DNA from: Acidobacteriota bacterium
Lineage (GTDB): Bacteria > Acidobacteriota > Thermoanaerobaculia > Multivoradales > UBA5704
Direction of reading: 5' to 3'
Assembly (NCBI GenBank): GCA_040005235.1
Contig: JBDTZG010000016.1
Span: 1-64,000, forward strand
Length of the DNA stretch: 64,000 nucleotides
Shown: in pieces, positions 19,558-30,634 of the stretch
Layout of the letters: each line of letters starts with the position of its first letter
How positions within the stretch are numbered: position 1 is the stretch's first letter
Made by a program: the position numbers and the translations under genes
Notes under the pieces: model-generated
Told to the model about the DNA's origin: nothing
What the model saw: only the letters and a program-made list of their open reading frames with translations
The model's database searches: none

Positions 19558-20241
19558 TCAATCCCCCGGCGGCGGGGTTGGCGGAGACGCCGGGGGAGTC
19601 GCCGGCGGAGGTGTCTCCGGCGTGTCGCTCTTGGCGGGGATGATGCGAATCGCCACCTTGCTCTGTTCCTTGTCCTCGCGGTATTCGACGGTGACGTTGA
19701 GGCCGGGCGCCAGAGGCTTGACCAGGATCTCAGTGGACGGCGAGAGGAAGAAGGTGACATCGCCCTCCCCGGTTCGCAGCACGAGAGTTGAGTCGCTGGC
19801 TGAGAGGATGTCGCCGGTGGCGGTGCCGGTTTTCATCACCGGGGCAGGGAGAGGCTCCGTGGCCGGAGCGGCGCCCTCCGCGAAGATCCGTTCGGCGAGG
19901 ATGAAGCCGCCAATCTTCCGGTGGTATTCGACGGTAATCGCGATTCCTTTGGCGATCTCCACCAGCGTCTTTGTGGAGTCGTTGATGGCGACTTTCTGGT
20001 CCTTTCCGTCGGTCGTCTTGAGCTCGATCTCGTTGCCCACGAACCGAGTGACCCTGCCGGTGACCTGCGGAACCGCCGGCTGCGCCGGGGGAGCGGGCTC
20101 TTGAACGGCGGGAGGTTCCGCGGGAGGCGCGGTGGCGGCTGGCGGTTCGGCACTCTGGCCGAGCAAGCCGGCCGTTGTCGCCAAGCAGGCTGTCATCGCG
20201 AAAGCGAAATAGCGGAAGAATCTTTGAACGAGCGGTTTCAT
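19558..20241 (-). CDS. Secreted protein with two OB-fold-like (DUF5666-like) repeats and Pro-rich linkers
   Basis: Signal peptide; repeated G.v......l.l.t.....vTVEY units. Confidence 0.6.
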   Translation of the reverse strand: MKPLVQRFFRYFAFAMTACLATTAGLLGQSAEPPAATAPPAEPPAVQEPAPPAQPAVPQVTGRVTRFVGNEIELKTTDGKDQKVAINDSTKTLVEIAKGIAITVEYHRKIGGFILAERIFAEGAAPATEPLPAPVMKTGTATGDILSASDSTLVLRTGEGDVTFFLSPSTEILVKPLAPGLNVTVEYREDKEQSKVAIRIIPAKSDTPETPPPATPPASPPTPPPGD

Positions 20242-20468
20242 CTGGAGCCTCCGTTTCATCTCGCTCCAGAGTGTACCGCTTTGGCTGTTGGAGCGGTGTT
20301 TTCGCCGCACCGTCGATTCCTTCGTCCCGGCAAGCTCGCAGTTTGGTCCCGAACCGGGTCCTAATCTAGACTTGGCGCACCAACTTCCTTTCGTCTCGAA
20401 GCACCTGCCCTCGACCGTAAGACATTCGATCCCGGGACGACCCCGGCGATCTTTTCGAGGAGAGCATC

Positions 20469-20699
20469 GTGGAGAAGAAGCGACGCAAGCTTCACCTGGC
20501 CAAAGAAACCCTTGGAACGTTGAGCCATCCCAAAATGGTCGCGGCACGCGGCGGCACCGCGGTGGACGCCGATGCGGATGCGACGACCACGGCCATTACG
20601 GTCACCTGGTGGCTCACCTGCCAGCGCTCCTGCAACGGGACCTGCGAGTTCACCTGCCAGTACACCTGCACCGGCTCGGCCGTGATCTGCTGCGCCTGA
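20469..20699 (+). CDS. RiPP (lanthipeptide-like) precursor peptide
   Basis: GAGGAG SD; leader KKRRKLHLAKETL..L ending in a double-Gly (ARGG); core rich in Thr/Ser with 7 Cys; followed by a hairpin. Confidence 0.75.
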   Translation: MEKKRRKLHLAKETLGTLSHPKMVAARGGTAVDADADATTTAITVTWWLTCQRSCNGTCEFTCQYTCTGSAVICCA

Positions 20700-20710
20700 G
20701 GAGTTTGCAA

Positions 20711-20730
20711 GGGGCGGTTTCGACCGCCCC
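20711..20730. terminator. Hairpin between the convergent RiPP precursor and kdpD
   Basis: GGGGCGGT-TTCG-ACCGCCCC. Confidence 0.7.
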
Positions 20731-20739
20731 GAGTTGCTC

Positions 20740-22383
20740 TCATGCCGTGAGCGCCGCCTGGACCTCGGTCCAGCTCGTGGCGGCGGAGAGGGCTTTTTTG
20801 CGGGTTGGATCGTGGGCCAGGCGGACGATGTCCGAGAGAAGCTTCAGGCAGCGCTCGGGGTGCTCCTCGGGACAGAGCAGCACGAACATCAGCTCGATCG
20901 TGGTCTCCGCCCCGGCGGGAGAGCGGAGGACGGCGAGCGCCAGACGCGGCTCGGGAAGGCCGGGAATCCGCGCGTGGGGCACGGCGATTCCGGCGCCCAG
21001 ATAGGTTGACGCTTCGCGCTCGCGCCGCTCCAGGCGGCGGATCACGTCGGCGAGATCGAGGTGAGTCCCGGCCAACAGCGGCGCAGCGAGGCGCTCCAGA
21101 AGCTCGCCGCGGGAGACGGTTTCCTGGAGGAAAAAGGTCCGCTCCGGGCGCACCAGCTCCGCCAGCCGGTCGGCTTTCCGCGGTGCTGCTTTCATCGCCG
21201 CCGGCTCCACCTCCTCGCCAGTCCTGGCAGTCCCTGAAGTCCTTTCAGTCCTTTCCGACCCAGCCGCCACCGCAGGCCCCAGGGGATCGACCACCACGAG
21301 CGCCAGACCCGTTGCCCGCTCGAGCAGGGCCTCGACCAGCGACGGTCGAAGCAGGCGGCGCCAGGCCGGACGCGGGGCGGAGCGGCCGATCACGACGTGC
21401 CCGGCGCGGACCTCCCGCGCGAAGCGGAGGATCGTCTCGGCCACGTCTTCGCCTTGGAAGGTGAACACCGTGGCGCCCAGGTGGCGCGCCAGCTCCAGCG
21501 TCTCGCCGAGTTGCGTCTTCGTCTCCGGATCGAGCCGTTCTTCCGCCGGGGTGCGCACGTAGAGCGCGTACCAATTGCGGTCGAGCTTGCCGGCGAGGCG
21601 CGAGGAGTAGCGCAGCAGGGCGTGGGCGTTCGGACTCTTCGACGATAGGCAGGCGACGACCTGGTCGGGCGCTTCGATCGACGATCCTTCCGCGCGCCCC
21701 CGGCGTTCGAGCACCGATGCCGCCTCGCGTAGCGCCAGCTCGCGAAGCTGTTCGAGCGGCTGGGTGCGGAAGAAGTTCTGGAGCGCCGCCGCCGCCCGCT
21801 CGGGCGGGTAGATCCGGCCCTCTTCGAGCCGGCGGCGAAGGTCCTCGGCGGCAAGATCGACGTTGACCACCTGGTCGGCCTCGGCGAGCACCCAGTCGGG
21901 AATGCGCTCCTTGACCTTCACCCCCACCAGCCGCTCGACCGTGTCGTAGAGGCTCTCGAGGTGCTGGATGTTCAGGGTGGTGAGCACGTGAATGCCCGCG
22001 GCGAGGATCTCCTGGACGTCCAGGTAGCGCTTCGGGTGCGTGCTGCCGGGAACGTTCGTGTGCGCCAGCTCGTCGACCAGCACCACCTCCGGCTTGCGCT
22101 TCAGGATCGCCGCGAGGTCCATCTCCTCCAGGTGAACCCCGCGGTAGACGATCTGGCGTTGTGGGATGGCGTCGAGCCCGAGCACCAGGGAAGCCGTGTC
22201 GGCGCGGTCGTGGGTTTCGACCACGCCGATCACTGCGTCGACGCCCTGCGCCTTTAAGCGATGCCCTTCGAGCAGCATCTGATAGGTCTTTCCTACCCCC
22301 GGCCCGTAGCCCAGGTAGACCTTGAGCCGGCCGCGCCGCGCGCGGTGGATTAGGCGAAGGAAGCTTTCGGGGCTCTGCGGCAC
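20740..22383 (-). CDS. kdpD: KdpD sensor (N-terminal KdpD domain + USP) fused to a PTS EIIA type-2 domain; no TM or kinase domains
   Basis: RGRLKVYLGYGPGVGKTYQML, LVDELAHTN and TTLNIQHLESL; USP domain; C-terminal RERE.STYLG.GIAVPHAR. Confidence 0.88.
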   Translation of the reverse strand: MPQSPESFLRLIHRARRGRLKVYLGYGPGVGKTYQMLLEGHRLKAQGVDAVIGVVETHDRADTASLVLGLDAIPQRQIVYRGVHLEEMDLAAILKRKPEVVLVDELAHTNVPGSTHPKRYLDVQEILAAGIHVLTTLNIQHLESLYDTVERLVGVKVKERIPDWVLAEADQVVNVDLAAEDLRRRLEEGRIYPPERAAAALQNFFRTQPLEQLRELALREAASVLERRGRAEGSSIEAPDQVVACLSSKSPNAHALLRYSSRLAGKLDRNWYALYVRTPAEERLDPETKTQLGETLELARHLGATVFTFQGEDVAETILRFAREVRAGHVVIGRSAPRPAWRRLLRPSLVEALLERATGLALVVVDPLGPAVAAGSERTERTSGTARTGEEVEPAAMKAAPRKADRLAELVRPERTFFLQETVSRGELLERLAAPLLAGTHLDLADVIRRLERREREASTYLGAGIAVPHARIPGLPEPRLALAVLRSPAGAETTIELMFVLLCPEEHPERCLKLLSDIVRLAHDPTRKKALSAATSWTEVQAALTA

Positions 22384-22386
22384 GGG

Positions 22387-22983
22387 TTACTTTCGCGCGG
22401 TTTCGAAAGCGAGGTTCAGCTCCAGCACGTTCACCCGCGGCTCGCCGAGGAGCCCGAAGGTGCGTCCTTCCGTGTGCTCGGCGATCCGGCGGCGGACCTC
22501 CTCCTCGGACATTCCGCGCTCGCGCGCCACGCGGGCCACCTGAAACTCGGCCGCCGCGGGCGTGATGTGCGGATCGAGCCCCGAGGCGGAGGAGGTGACC
22601 AGGTCCACCGGTACCCTGCGATTTTGCGCGCCGGGATTTTCGGCGAGCGCTGCGGCGACCGCCGGGGCGACCCGCTCCTCGATCAGCTTCCGGCTCGTCG
22701 GTCCGAGGTTGGTGCCGCCCGAAGCGGTGGCGTCATAGCCGTTGCCCGCGGCGGAGGGGCGGGGGTAAAAATAGCCCGGGCCGGAAAACGGCTGGCCGAT
22801 CAGGCGCGAGCCGATCACCGTGCCGTGGGCGTCGCGGATCAAGCTCCCTTCGGCTTGGCCTGGAAAGATCAGCCGGGCGAGGCCGGTGACCACGAGCGGA
22901 TAACCGATTCCGAGGATCGCGGTGAGCACGAGGGTCATCCGAATCGCCGGGGCGATCTGCGCTTTGACGGAAAGGACGTTCAT
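22387..22983 (-). CDS. kdpC: K+-transporting ATPase subunit C
   Basis: [25 protein letters not shown] and [11 protein letters not shown]. Confidence 0.96.
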   Translation of the reverse strand: MNVLSVKAQIAPAIRMTLVLTAILGIGYPLVVTGLARLIFPGQAEGSLIRDAHGTVIGSRLIGQPFSGPGYFYPRPSAAGNGYDATASGGTNLGPTSRKLIEERVAPAVAAALAENPGAQNRRVPVDLVTSSASGLDPHITPAAAEFQVARVARERGMSEEEVRRRIAEHTEGRTFGLLGEPRVNVLELNLAFETARK

Positions 22984-22992
22984 GGCTCCACT

Positions 22993-25161
<2,169 letters not shown>

Positions 25162-25182
25162 GATCGTTTCGGGCGCTCTCGG

Positions 25183-26922
25183 TTAGAAAAGCGTCCCGGC
25201 CTCCATCAGGTAATGCTCGACGATCGGGCCGAGCGACAGCACGGGCAGGAAGGTGAGCGCGCCGACGATCAGGATCACGCCCAGCAGCAGGCCGACGAAC
25301 AGCGGCGTATGCACCGGAAACGTACCGGCCGAAGGGGGGACGATTTTCTTCGACGCAAGATTGCCCGCGATCGCCATCATCGGCACGATCATCAGGAACC
25401 TACCCGTCAGCATCGCCAGGCCGAGCGACAGGTTGTACCAGGGGGCGTTGACGCCGATGCCCGCGAACGCGGAGCCGTTGTTGCCGGTCGTAGAGGTGAA
25501 GGCGTAGACGATTTCGGAAAGGCCGTGCGGGCCGCCGTTGTTTAGCGTCGCGGTGCCGTAAGGGACGACGCTCGACCAGGCGGCGCCGCAGAGGATCGAG
25601 AGCGCGAACACGAGCACGTAGAGCATCGCCATCTTGACGTCTTTGGCTTCGATCTTCTTGCCCAGGTACTCGGGCGTCCGGCCGACCATCAGGCCGGCGA
25701 TGAAGACGGTGAGCACGACCATTACCAGCATGCCGTAGAGCCCGGCGCCGACGCCGCCGACGATGATCTCGCCGAGCATGATGTTGAGCAGCAGGATCAT
25801 CCCGCCGAGCGGCGTGTAGGAGTCGTGCATGGAGTTGACCGCGCCGCAGGAGGCGTCGGTGGTGGCGGTGGCGAACAGGGCGGAATTGAAGATGCCGAAG
25901 CGCACCTCCTTGCCTTCCATGTTGCCGCCGGCCTGCGCCGCCGCTCCTTCGATCTGCGCCTGGTCGACACCGTGCCGGGTAAAGTTCGGGTTGCCGCGCG
26001 CCTCGGCGATCCAGACGCCGCAGACGCCGATCAGGAACAGCGCCATCATCGCGGCGAGCACCGCCCAGCCGTGACGCGGGTTGCCGGTCATCCGGCCGAG
26101 CGTGTAGGTGAGCCCGGAGCCGATCGCGAAGATCGCGAGCATCGCGAGGAAGTTCGAAAGCGGCGTCGGGTTCTCGAACGGGTGGGACGAGTTGGCGTTC
26201 ATGAAGCCGCCGCCGTTCGTCCCGAGCTGCTTGATGATCTCCTGCGAGGCGACCGGGCCCTGCGCGAGGATCTGCTTCCCTGACCCTTCTACCAGCGCTA
26301 CCTGGGTGTAACCGGAGAAGTTCTGCACTACCCCTTGAGACACCAGCACCAGCGCCCCGACCACGCAGAGCGGCAGCAGCAGTTGAATGCACGCCCGCGT
26401 CAGATCGACCCAGAAGTTGCCGATCGTCTTCGCTTCGCGCCGGGCGATGCCGCGGATGAAGGCGACGGCGAGAGCGATGCCCGCGCCGGCCGAGACGAAG
26501 TTGTGGAACGCGAGCCCCGCCATCTGGGTGAGGTAGCTCATCGTCGATTCGCCGGAGTACCCCTGCCAGTTGGTGTTGGTGGTGAAGCTCGCAGCCGTGT
26601 TCCAGGCGAGCGCGGGGGGCACGCCGTGGAAGCCCTGCGGATTTAACGGTAGAACGCCCTGGAGCCGCTCGAGTGCGTAGAGCAGGAGCATGCCGGCAGC
26701 GCTCCAAACGATCATCGCGGCGGTGTAGGTCGTCCAGTGTTGTTCTTGCTCCGGATCGATCCGGCACAGCCGGTAGATCGCCCGTTCGAGCGGACCGAGA
26801 AACCGAGACGTCCACACCTTCTCGCCGGCAAAGAGCTTGACCATGTAGACGCCGAGCGGCTTGGTCAACGCCAGCAGCGCGAGGAGAAACAGGGCGAGCT
26901 GCAGCCATCCGTTCGCGGTCAT
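25183..26922 (-). CDS. kdpA: K+-transporting ATPase subunit A
   Basis: SFTTNTNWQ, LGTNGGG, MEGKEVRFG, GRTPEYLGKKI and NNGSAF. Confidence 0.98.
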   Translation of the reverse strand: MTANGWLQLALFLLALLALTKPLGVYMVKLFAGEKVWTSRFLGPLERAIYRLCRIDPEQEQHWTTYTAAMIVWSAAGMLLLYALERLQGVLPLNPQGFHGVPPALAWNTAASFTTNTNWQGYSGESTMSYLTQMAGLAFHNFVSAGAGIALAVAFIRGIARREAKTIGNFWVDLTRACIQLLLPLCVVGALVLVSQGVVQNFSGYTQVALVEGSGKQILAQGPVASQEIIKQLGTNGGGFMNANSSHPFENPTPLSNFLAMLAIFAIGSGLTYTLGRMTGNPRHGWAVLAAMMALFLIGVCGVWIAEARGNPNFTRHGVDQAQIEGAAAQAGGNMEGKEVRFGIFNSALFATATTDASCGAVNSMHDSYTPLGGMILLLNIMLGEIIVGGVGAGLYGMLVMVVLTVFIAGLMVGRTPEYLGKKIEAKDVKMAMLYVLVFALSILCGAAWSSVVPYGTATLNNGGPHGLSEIVYAFTSTTGNNGSAFAGIGVNAPWYNLSLGLAMLTGRFLMIVPMMAIAGNLASKKIVPPSAGTFPVHTPLFVGLLLGVILIVGALTFLPVLSLGPIVEHYLMEAGTLF

Positions 26923-26925
26923 GGG

Positions 26926-27015
26926 CTAGAACCTCTCCGGGCGGAGCAGCGCGTAGGCGAGATAGACCAGCAGCCCGAGCGCGATGGAGGCGGCGATCCA
27001 GAGTTCGAGAGTCAT
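26926..27015 (-). CDS. kdpF: KdpF small subunit
   Basis: Manual translation MTLELWIAASIALGLLVYLAYALLRPERF; typical YL.YALL.PE.F end; AAGGA SD. Confidence 0.92.
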   Translation of the reverse strand: MTLELWIAASIALGLLVYLAYALLRPERF

Positions 27016-27031
27016 GTTGTCTTCCTTATCG

Positions 27032-27115
27032 TTACAAGCGCTCGGTGCCGCGAACGTAGGCGAGACCGAGGGCGAAGAAACCGACGGTCAGGACAATGAA
27101 GATCAGATCGAGCAT
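27032..27115 (-). CDS. Second kdp-associated 27-aa membrane peptide
   Basis: MLDLIFIVLTVGFFALGLAYVRGTERL with GGAGG SD, directly upstream of kdpF. Confidence 0.8.
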   Translation of the reverse strand: MLDLIFIVLTVGFFALGLAYVRGTERL

Positions 27116-27143
27116 GGGGAATCCTCCAAGAGGTCCACGGCCT

Positions 27144-29024
27144 TTACGCCGCCGAGGGGGCGACCGGTAGGCTGAACCAGAACGTGGTGCCGGCTCCTAC
27201 TTTCGATTGGACGTGGATCTCGCCGCCGTGGGCGTGGACGATCTCCTTGGCGATCGACAGGCCTAAGCCGGCGCCGCCCAGGTCTTCCGTTCCCGGCATT
27301 TGATAGAAGCGATCGAAAATCCTATCGGTCTGGCCGGCTGGGATGCCCGGCCCGGTGTCGGCGACCGAGAAGCGGACGTATTTCTTGTACTGCTCGGCGC
27401 GTACTGTCACCGAGCCGCCCGCGGGCGTATGGTGGAGCGCGTTGGACAACAGGTTCGACAGCACCAGCCGTGCGCGTGCCGGATCGGCTAGAACTTTGGG
27501 CGCCGCCGGGTCGATCTCGACTTTCAGCTCGATGCCGGCGTCCTCGAATTCGGGCCGGAAATCGTTCGTCCGCGCTTCGACGAAGTCGCGCGTGGCGACG
27601 GCATCGATGCGCAGCAATTGGCGGTCGGACTCAAGGCGGGAAAGCTCCAACAAACTCTCGACGATCTCGCGCAGCCGCTCCGCGTCGTCGCGGGCGACCA
27701 CCAGCAGCTCCGTCTGCTCCTTGTTCAGCTCGCCGAGCTTCTCGCCGAGCAGCACGTGGACGGCCATCTGGAGCGAGGTGAGGGGGGTCCGAAGCTCGTG
27801 CGAGACGGTCGAGAGCAGGCCGCTCTTCATCTCGTCGACGCGCCGCAGGTCGGTGACGTCGGAAAGAATCAGCGTGGTCCCTAAAAGCTCCCCTTCCGCG
27901 TCGCGGATCGCCACGGCGTGGGGCATGAAGAAATGCTCTTTGCCGTCTTTCCAGACCTGGATCGCCGACTCGAAGCCGCGCTCGGGCGGCGCGCCGAAGC
28001 GGCCGGCGAGATCGGCCGAATGGGCGGCGGAAGCGAGCAACGGCCGCAGCCACTGGCCATGGCGCTCGGGCACCGCCGCGCCGGGTGCCAAACCGAACTC
28101 GGAAATCGCGATCCGGTTCGCCAGCTCGATTCCCCCTTCGGGCGAAAGCAGCGCCACCGCGTCGGGCAGGCTGTCGATCGCCAGCTGCGAGGTTTTCTGG
28201 GCCCGCAGTAGCTTCGCCTGATCGGAGCGGCGCAGCTCGCGCAAGCGGCTCGCCATCGCGTTGAACGCTTCGGCGAGCTGGCCCAGCTCGTCGCGCGACG
28301 CCACCGGCACCACCAGGTCGAGATGGCCGCGCTCGATTTCGCGCGCCGATTCGGTGAGCCGGCTTAAGGGTCCGAGGATCGCCTGAGAAAGAAACGCCAC
28401 CAGGCCGATCGCGAGCGCCGCGCCGGCCGCGATCAACAGGATCATCCGGGCGCGCGCAGCGGCGGCGAGCGCCCGGGCACGGTCGTTGGCCTGGACCATG
28501 TTGGTCTGGTTGAGCTGTTGAATCTCTTCGGCCCCTCGCTTGATCTCTTGGAAACGCGGCAGCAGTTGGGCGAAATAGACCCGGCTGCGCGCCTCGGCGG
28601 GGCGGCTCTCGTCGAGCACCTGCGGCAGGGCCGCGGTATAGGTCAGAAAGAGGTCGCGCACCCTTTCGGCCCGCTCCTTCTCGCCGGGGATCGTCAGGTT
28701 GCCCAGCTCGGTCTGGAGCGCCTTGTCGAAACGTGGGCGCTGCACCTCGACGAGAGCCCGGCCGCGCTCGCCGTCGCCCGCGAGGGCGAACAGCGCGCCG
28801 CTGTCGATCCGTTCGAGCGCTTCTTTCATCTCCTGCGCCGCTATCACGCTCTTGTAGTTCTCGCGCAGGATGACGTCGATCGAGCCACCGAGCCGCTCGA
28901 GCATTGAGATGCTCTGCGCGCCGACCACGAACAGCAGCGCGAGTAGACCGGCAAATCCGAGCGCGAGCTTCGATCGCAAGCCGAAGCCGGAGCGGGGAGT
29001 GGAATCGGAAGCGGGCGCGTTCAT
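27144..29024 (-). CDS. Sensor histidine kinase (periplasmic helical sensor, HAMP, PAS, HisKA, HATPase), kdp-associated
   Basis: Two TM helices, HAMP RDELGQLAEAFNAM, SHELRTPLT, NLLSNA, DTGPGI and GAGLGL. Confidence 0.93.
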   Translation of the reverse strand: MNAPASDSTPRSGFGLRSKLALGFAGLLALLFVVGAQSISMLERLGGSIDVILRENYKSVIAAQEMKEALERIDSGALFALAGDGERGRALVEVQRPRFDKALQTELGNLTIPGEKERAERVRDLFLTYTAALPQVLDESRPAEARSRVYFAQLLPRFQEIKRGAEEIQQLNQTNMVQANDRARALAAAARARMILLIAAGAALAIGLVAFLSQAILGPLSRLTESAREIERGHLDLVVPVASRDELGQLAEAFNAMASRLRELRRSDQAKLLRAQKTSQLAIDSLPDAVALLSPEGGIELANRIAISEFGLAPGAAVPERHGQWLRPLLASAAHSADLAGRFGAPPERGFESAIQVWKDGKEHFFMPHAVAIRDAEGELLGTTLILSDVTDLRRVDEMKSGLLSTVSHELRTPLTSLQMAVHVLLGEKLGELNKEQTELLVVARDDAERLREIVESLLELSRLESDRQLLRIDAVATRDFVEARTNDFRPEFEDAGIELKVEIDPAAPKVLADPARARLVLSNLLSNALHHTPAGGSVTVRAEQYKKYVRFSVADTGPGIPAGQTDRIFDRFYQMPGTEDLGGAGLGLSIAKEIVHAHGGEIHVQSKVGAGTTFWFSLPVAPSAA

Positions 29025-29071
29025 CGGGAACCTCCTGGCTCGGTCGACAGGGCCGAGACACCTGAACCGAA

Positions 29072-29088
29072 TTGCAGGCCGGGTGCCA
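29072..29088 (-). promoter_or_regulatory. Sigma-54 (-24/-12) promoter for the kinase-kdp operon
   Basis: Minus strand TGGCACCCGGCCTGCAA, GG-N10-GC spacing, about 48 nt upstream of the kinase ATG. Confidence 0.85.
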
Positions 29089-29104
29089 CCGTCGGGCTAT
29101 AAGG

Positions 29105-29117
29105 TAAGTCTCTGATT
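29105..29117 (-). promoter_or_regulatory. IHF-binding consensus site
   Basis: AATCAGAGACTTA matches WATCARNNNNTTR; lies between the promoter and the UAS pair. Confidence 0.65.
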
Positions 29118-29165
29118 TCATGAGGATTGACGGTTTGGGTGATCGGCGAGGCCGGACTGGCGGTC

Positions 29166-29210
29166 TTGCGTTTCGCAACGGGCTGTCGATCCAGATCTTG
29201 CAGAGTGCAA
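29166..29210. promoter_or_regulatory. Tandem bEBP upstream activator sites
   Basis: TTGCGTTTCGCAA (29166) and TTGCAGAGTGCAA (29198), both TTGC-N5-GCAA, 32 bp apart. Confidence 0.7.
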
Positions 29211-29241
29211 TGGGTCGGGTCGAGTTTGGTACATTCGCCCG

Positions 29242-30606
29242 ATGCCGCTCGGAGACAGCCGTCCGCTCCTCGACATCCTGATCGTCGACGACGAGCCGAA
29301 CATCCGGCGGACGCTGTCGCTCCATCTCGAAGGGGTGGGCCACAGAGTGCGCACGGCGTCGAGCGTCGGGGAGGCGCTCGTCGAGATTCAGAAACGCCGC
29401 TTCGACCTCGCGCTGGTCGACCTCCGATTGGGGCTCGAATCCGGGCTCGACCTGATGCCGAAGCTCACCGCCGAGGATCCAGCGATCAAAATCCTCGCGA
29501 TCACCGCCTACGCCTCGGTCGAGACCGCGGTCGAGGCGATGAAACGGGGCGCCCGCGACTACCTGTCGAAGCCGTTCACCCCCGCGGAGCTCGATCTCGC
29601 GATCGCCAAGCTCGTCGAACTGTCGCGCCTGGAGCGAAAAGTAGAGGCGCTCGAAAGCGATCTCGCCGAAGCCGACCCGAATTTCGAGTTGGCGAGCGAG
29701 AGCCCGGCGATGCGCGCGCTGCTCGACCTCGCGCGCCGCGCGGCCGACGGCGACGCCCGGCTGTTGATCCGCGGCGAGAGCGGCACCGGCAAAGGGGTGC
29801 TCGCCCGCGCGATCCACGGCTGGAGCCCGCGCCGGGGCAAGCCGTTCGTCACCGTCTCGTGCCCTTCGTTGCCCGCCGAGCTGCTCGAAAGCGAACTATT
29901 CGGCCGCGCCAAAGGCGCGTTCACCGGCGCCACGAGCGACAGCGCCGGCCGGGTGGCGCTCGCGGAAGGGGGGACACTGCTGCTGGACGAGATCGGCGAC
30001 TTGCCGCTTACGCTTCAGCCGAAGCTGCTCCGCTTCGTCCAGGATCGCGAATACGAGCGAGTGGGCGACCCGGCCACCCGCCGGGCCGACGTGCGCATCC
30101 TCGCCGCCACCCACCAGGATCTCGAAGCGGCCGTCGGCGCCGGCCGGTTTCGCGAAGACCTGCTCTACCGGCTCGACGTGCTGACCCTGGAGATCCCGCC
30201 GCTGCGCGCCCGGCGTGAGGACGTCCTGCCGCTCGCCCGACGGTTGCTCGCCCTGTTCGGTCGCCAGTACGGAAGGCCCAAAAGCATGTTTACGCCCGCC
30301 GCCGAACGGGCGCTCGCCGAGCACCCCTGGCCGGGCAACGTCCGCGAGCTGAGGAGCGCGATCGAACGCGCCGCGATGCTCGCCGGAAGCACGGAGATCG
30401 GCCCGGAGCTGCTGCTGCTCAAAGGCGCGACGGCTCCGGCGCCGACTGCGGGTCCAAGCTTGGGTGATCTCGTCCCACTCGCCGAGATCGAGCGCGAGCA
30501 CGTCGAACGGGTAGTCGCCCGCGCCGGCTCGCTCAAGGAAGCGGCCGAGATTCTGGGGATCGATCCCGCGACGCTCTGGCGGCGCCGGAAGGTGGCGGGC
30601 GGGTAA
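29242..30606 (+). CDS. Sigma-54-dependent response regulator (REC-AAA+-Fis HTH)
   Basis: IVDDE, GESGTGK, ESELFG, GAFTGA, WPGNVREL and C-terminal HTH. Confidence 0.95.
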   Translation: MPLGDSRPLLDILIVDDEPNIRRTLSLHLEGVGHRVRTASSVGEALVEIQKRRFDLALVDLRLGLESGLDLMPKLTAEDPAIKILAITAYASVETAVEAMKRGARDYLSKPFTPAELDLAIAKLVELSRLERKVEALESDLAEADPNFELASESPAMRALLDLARRAADGDARLLIRGESGTGKGVLARAIHGWSPRRGKPFVTVSCPSLPAELLESELFGRAKGAFTGATSDSAGRVALAEGGTLLLDEIGDLPLTLQPKLLRFVQDREYERVGDPATRRADVRILAATHQDLEAAVGAGRFREDLLYRLDVLTLEIPPLRARREDVLPLARRLLALFGRQYGRPKSMFTPAAERALAEHPWPGNVRELRSAIERAAMLAGSTEIGPELLLLKGATAPAPTAGPSLGDLVPLAEIEREHVERVVARAGSLKEAAEILGIDPATLWRRRKVAGG

Positions 30607-30634
30607 GGGATCCAACCCGCTATGATCCCGGACC

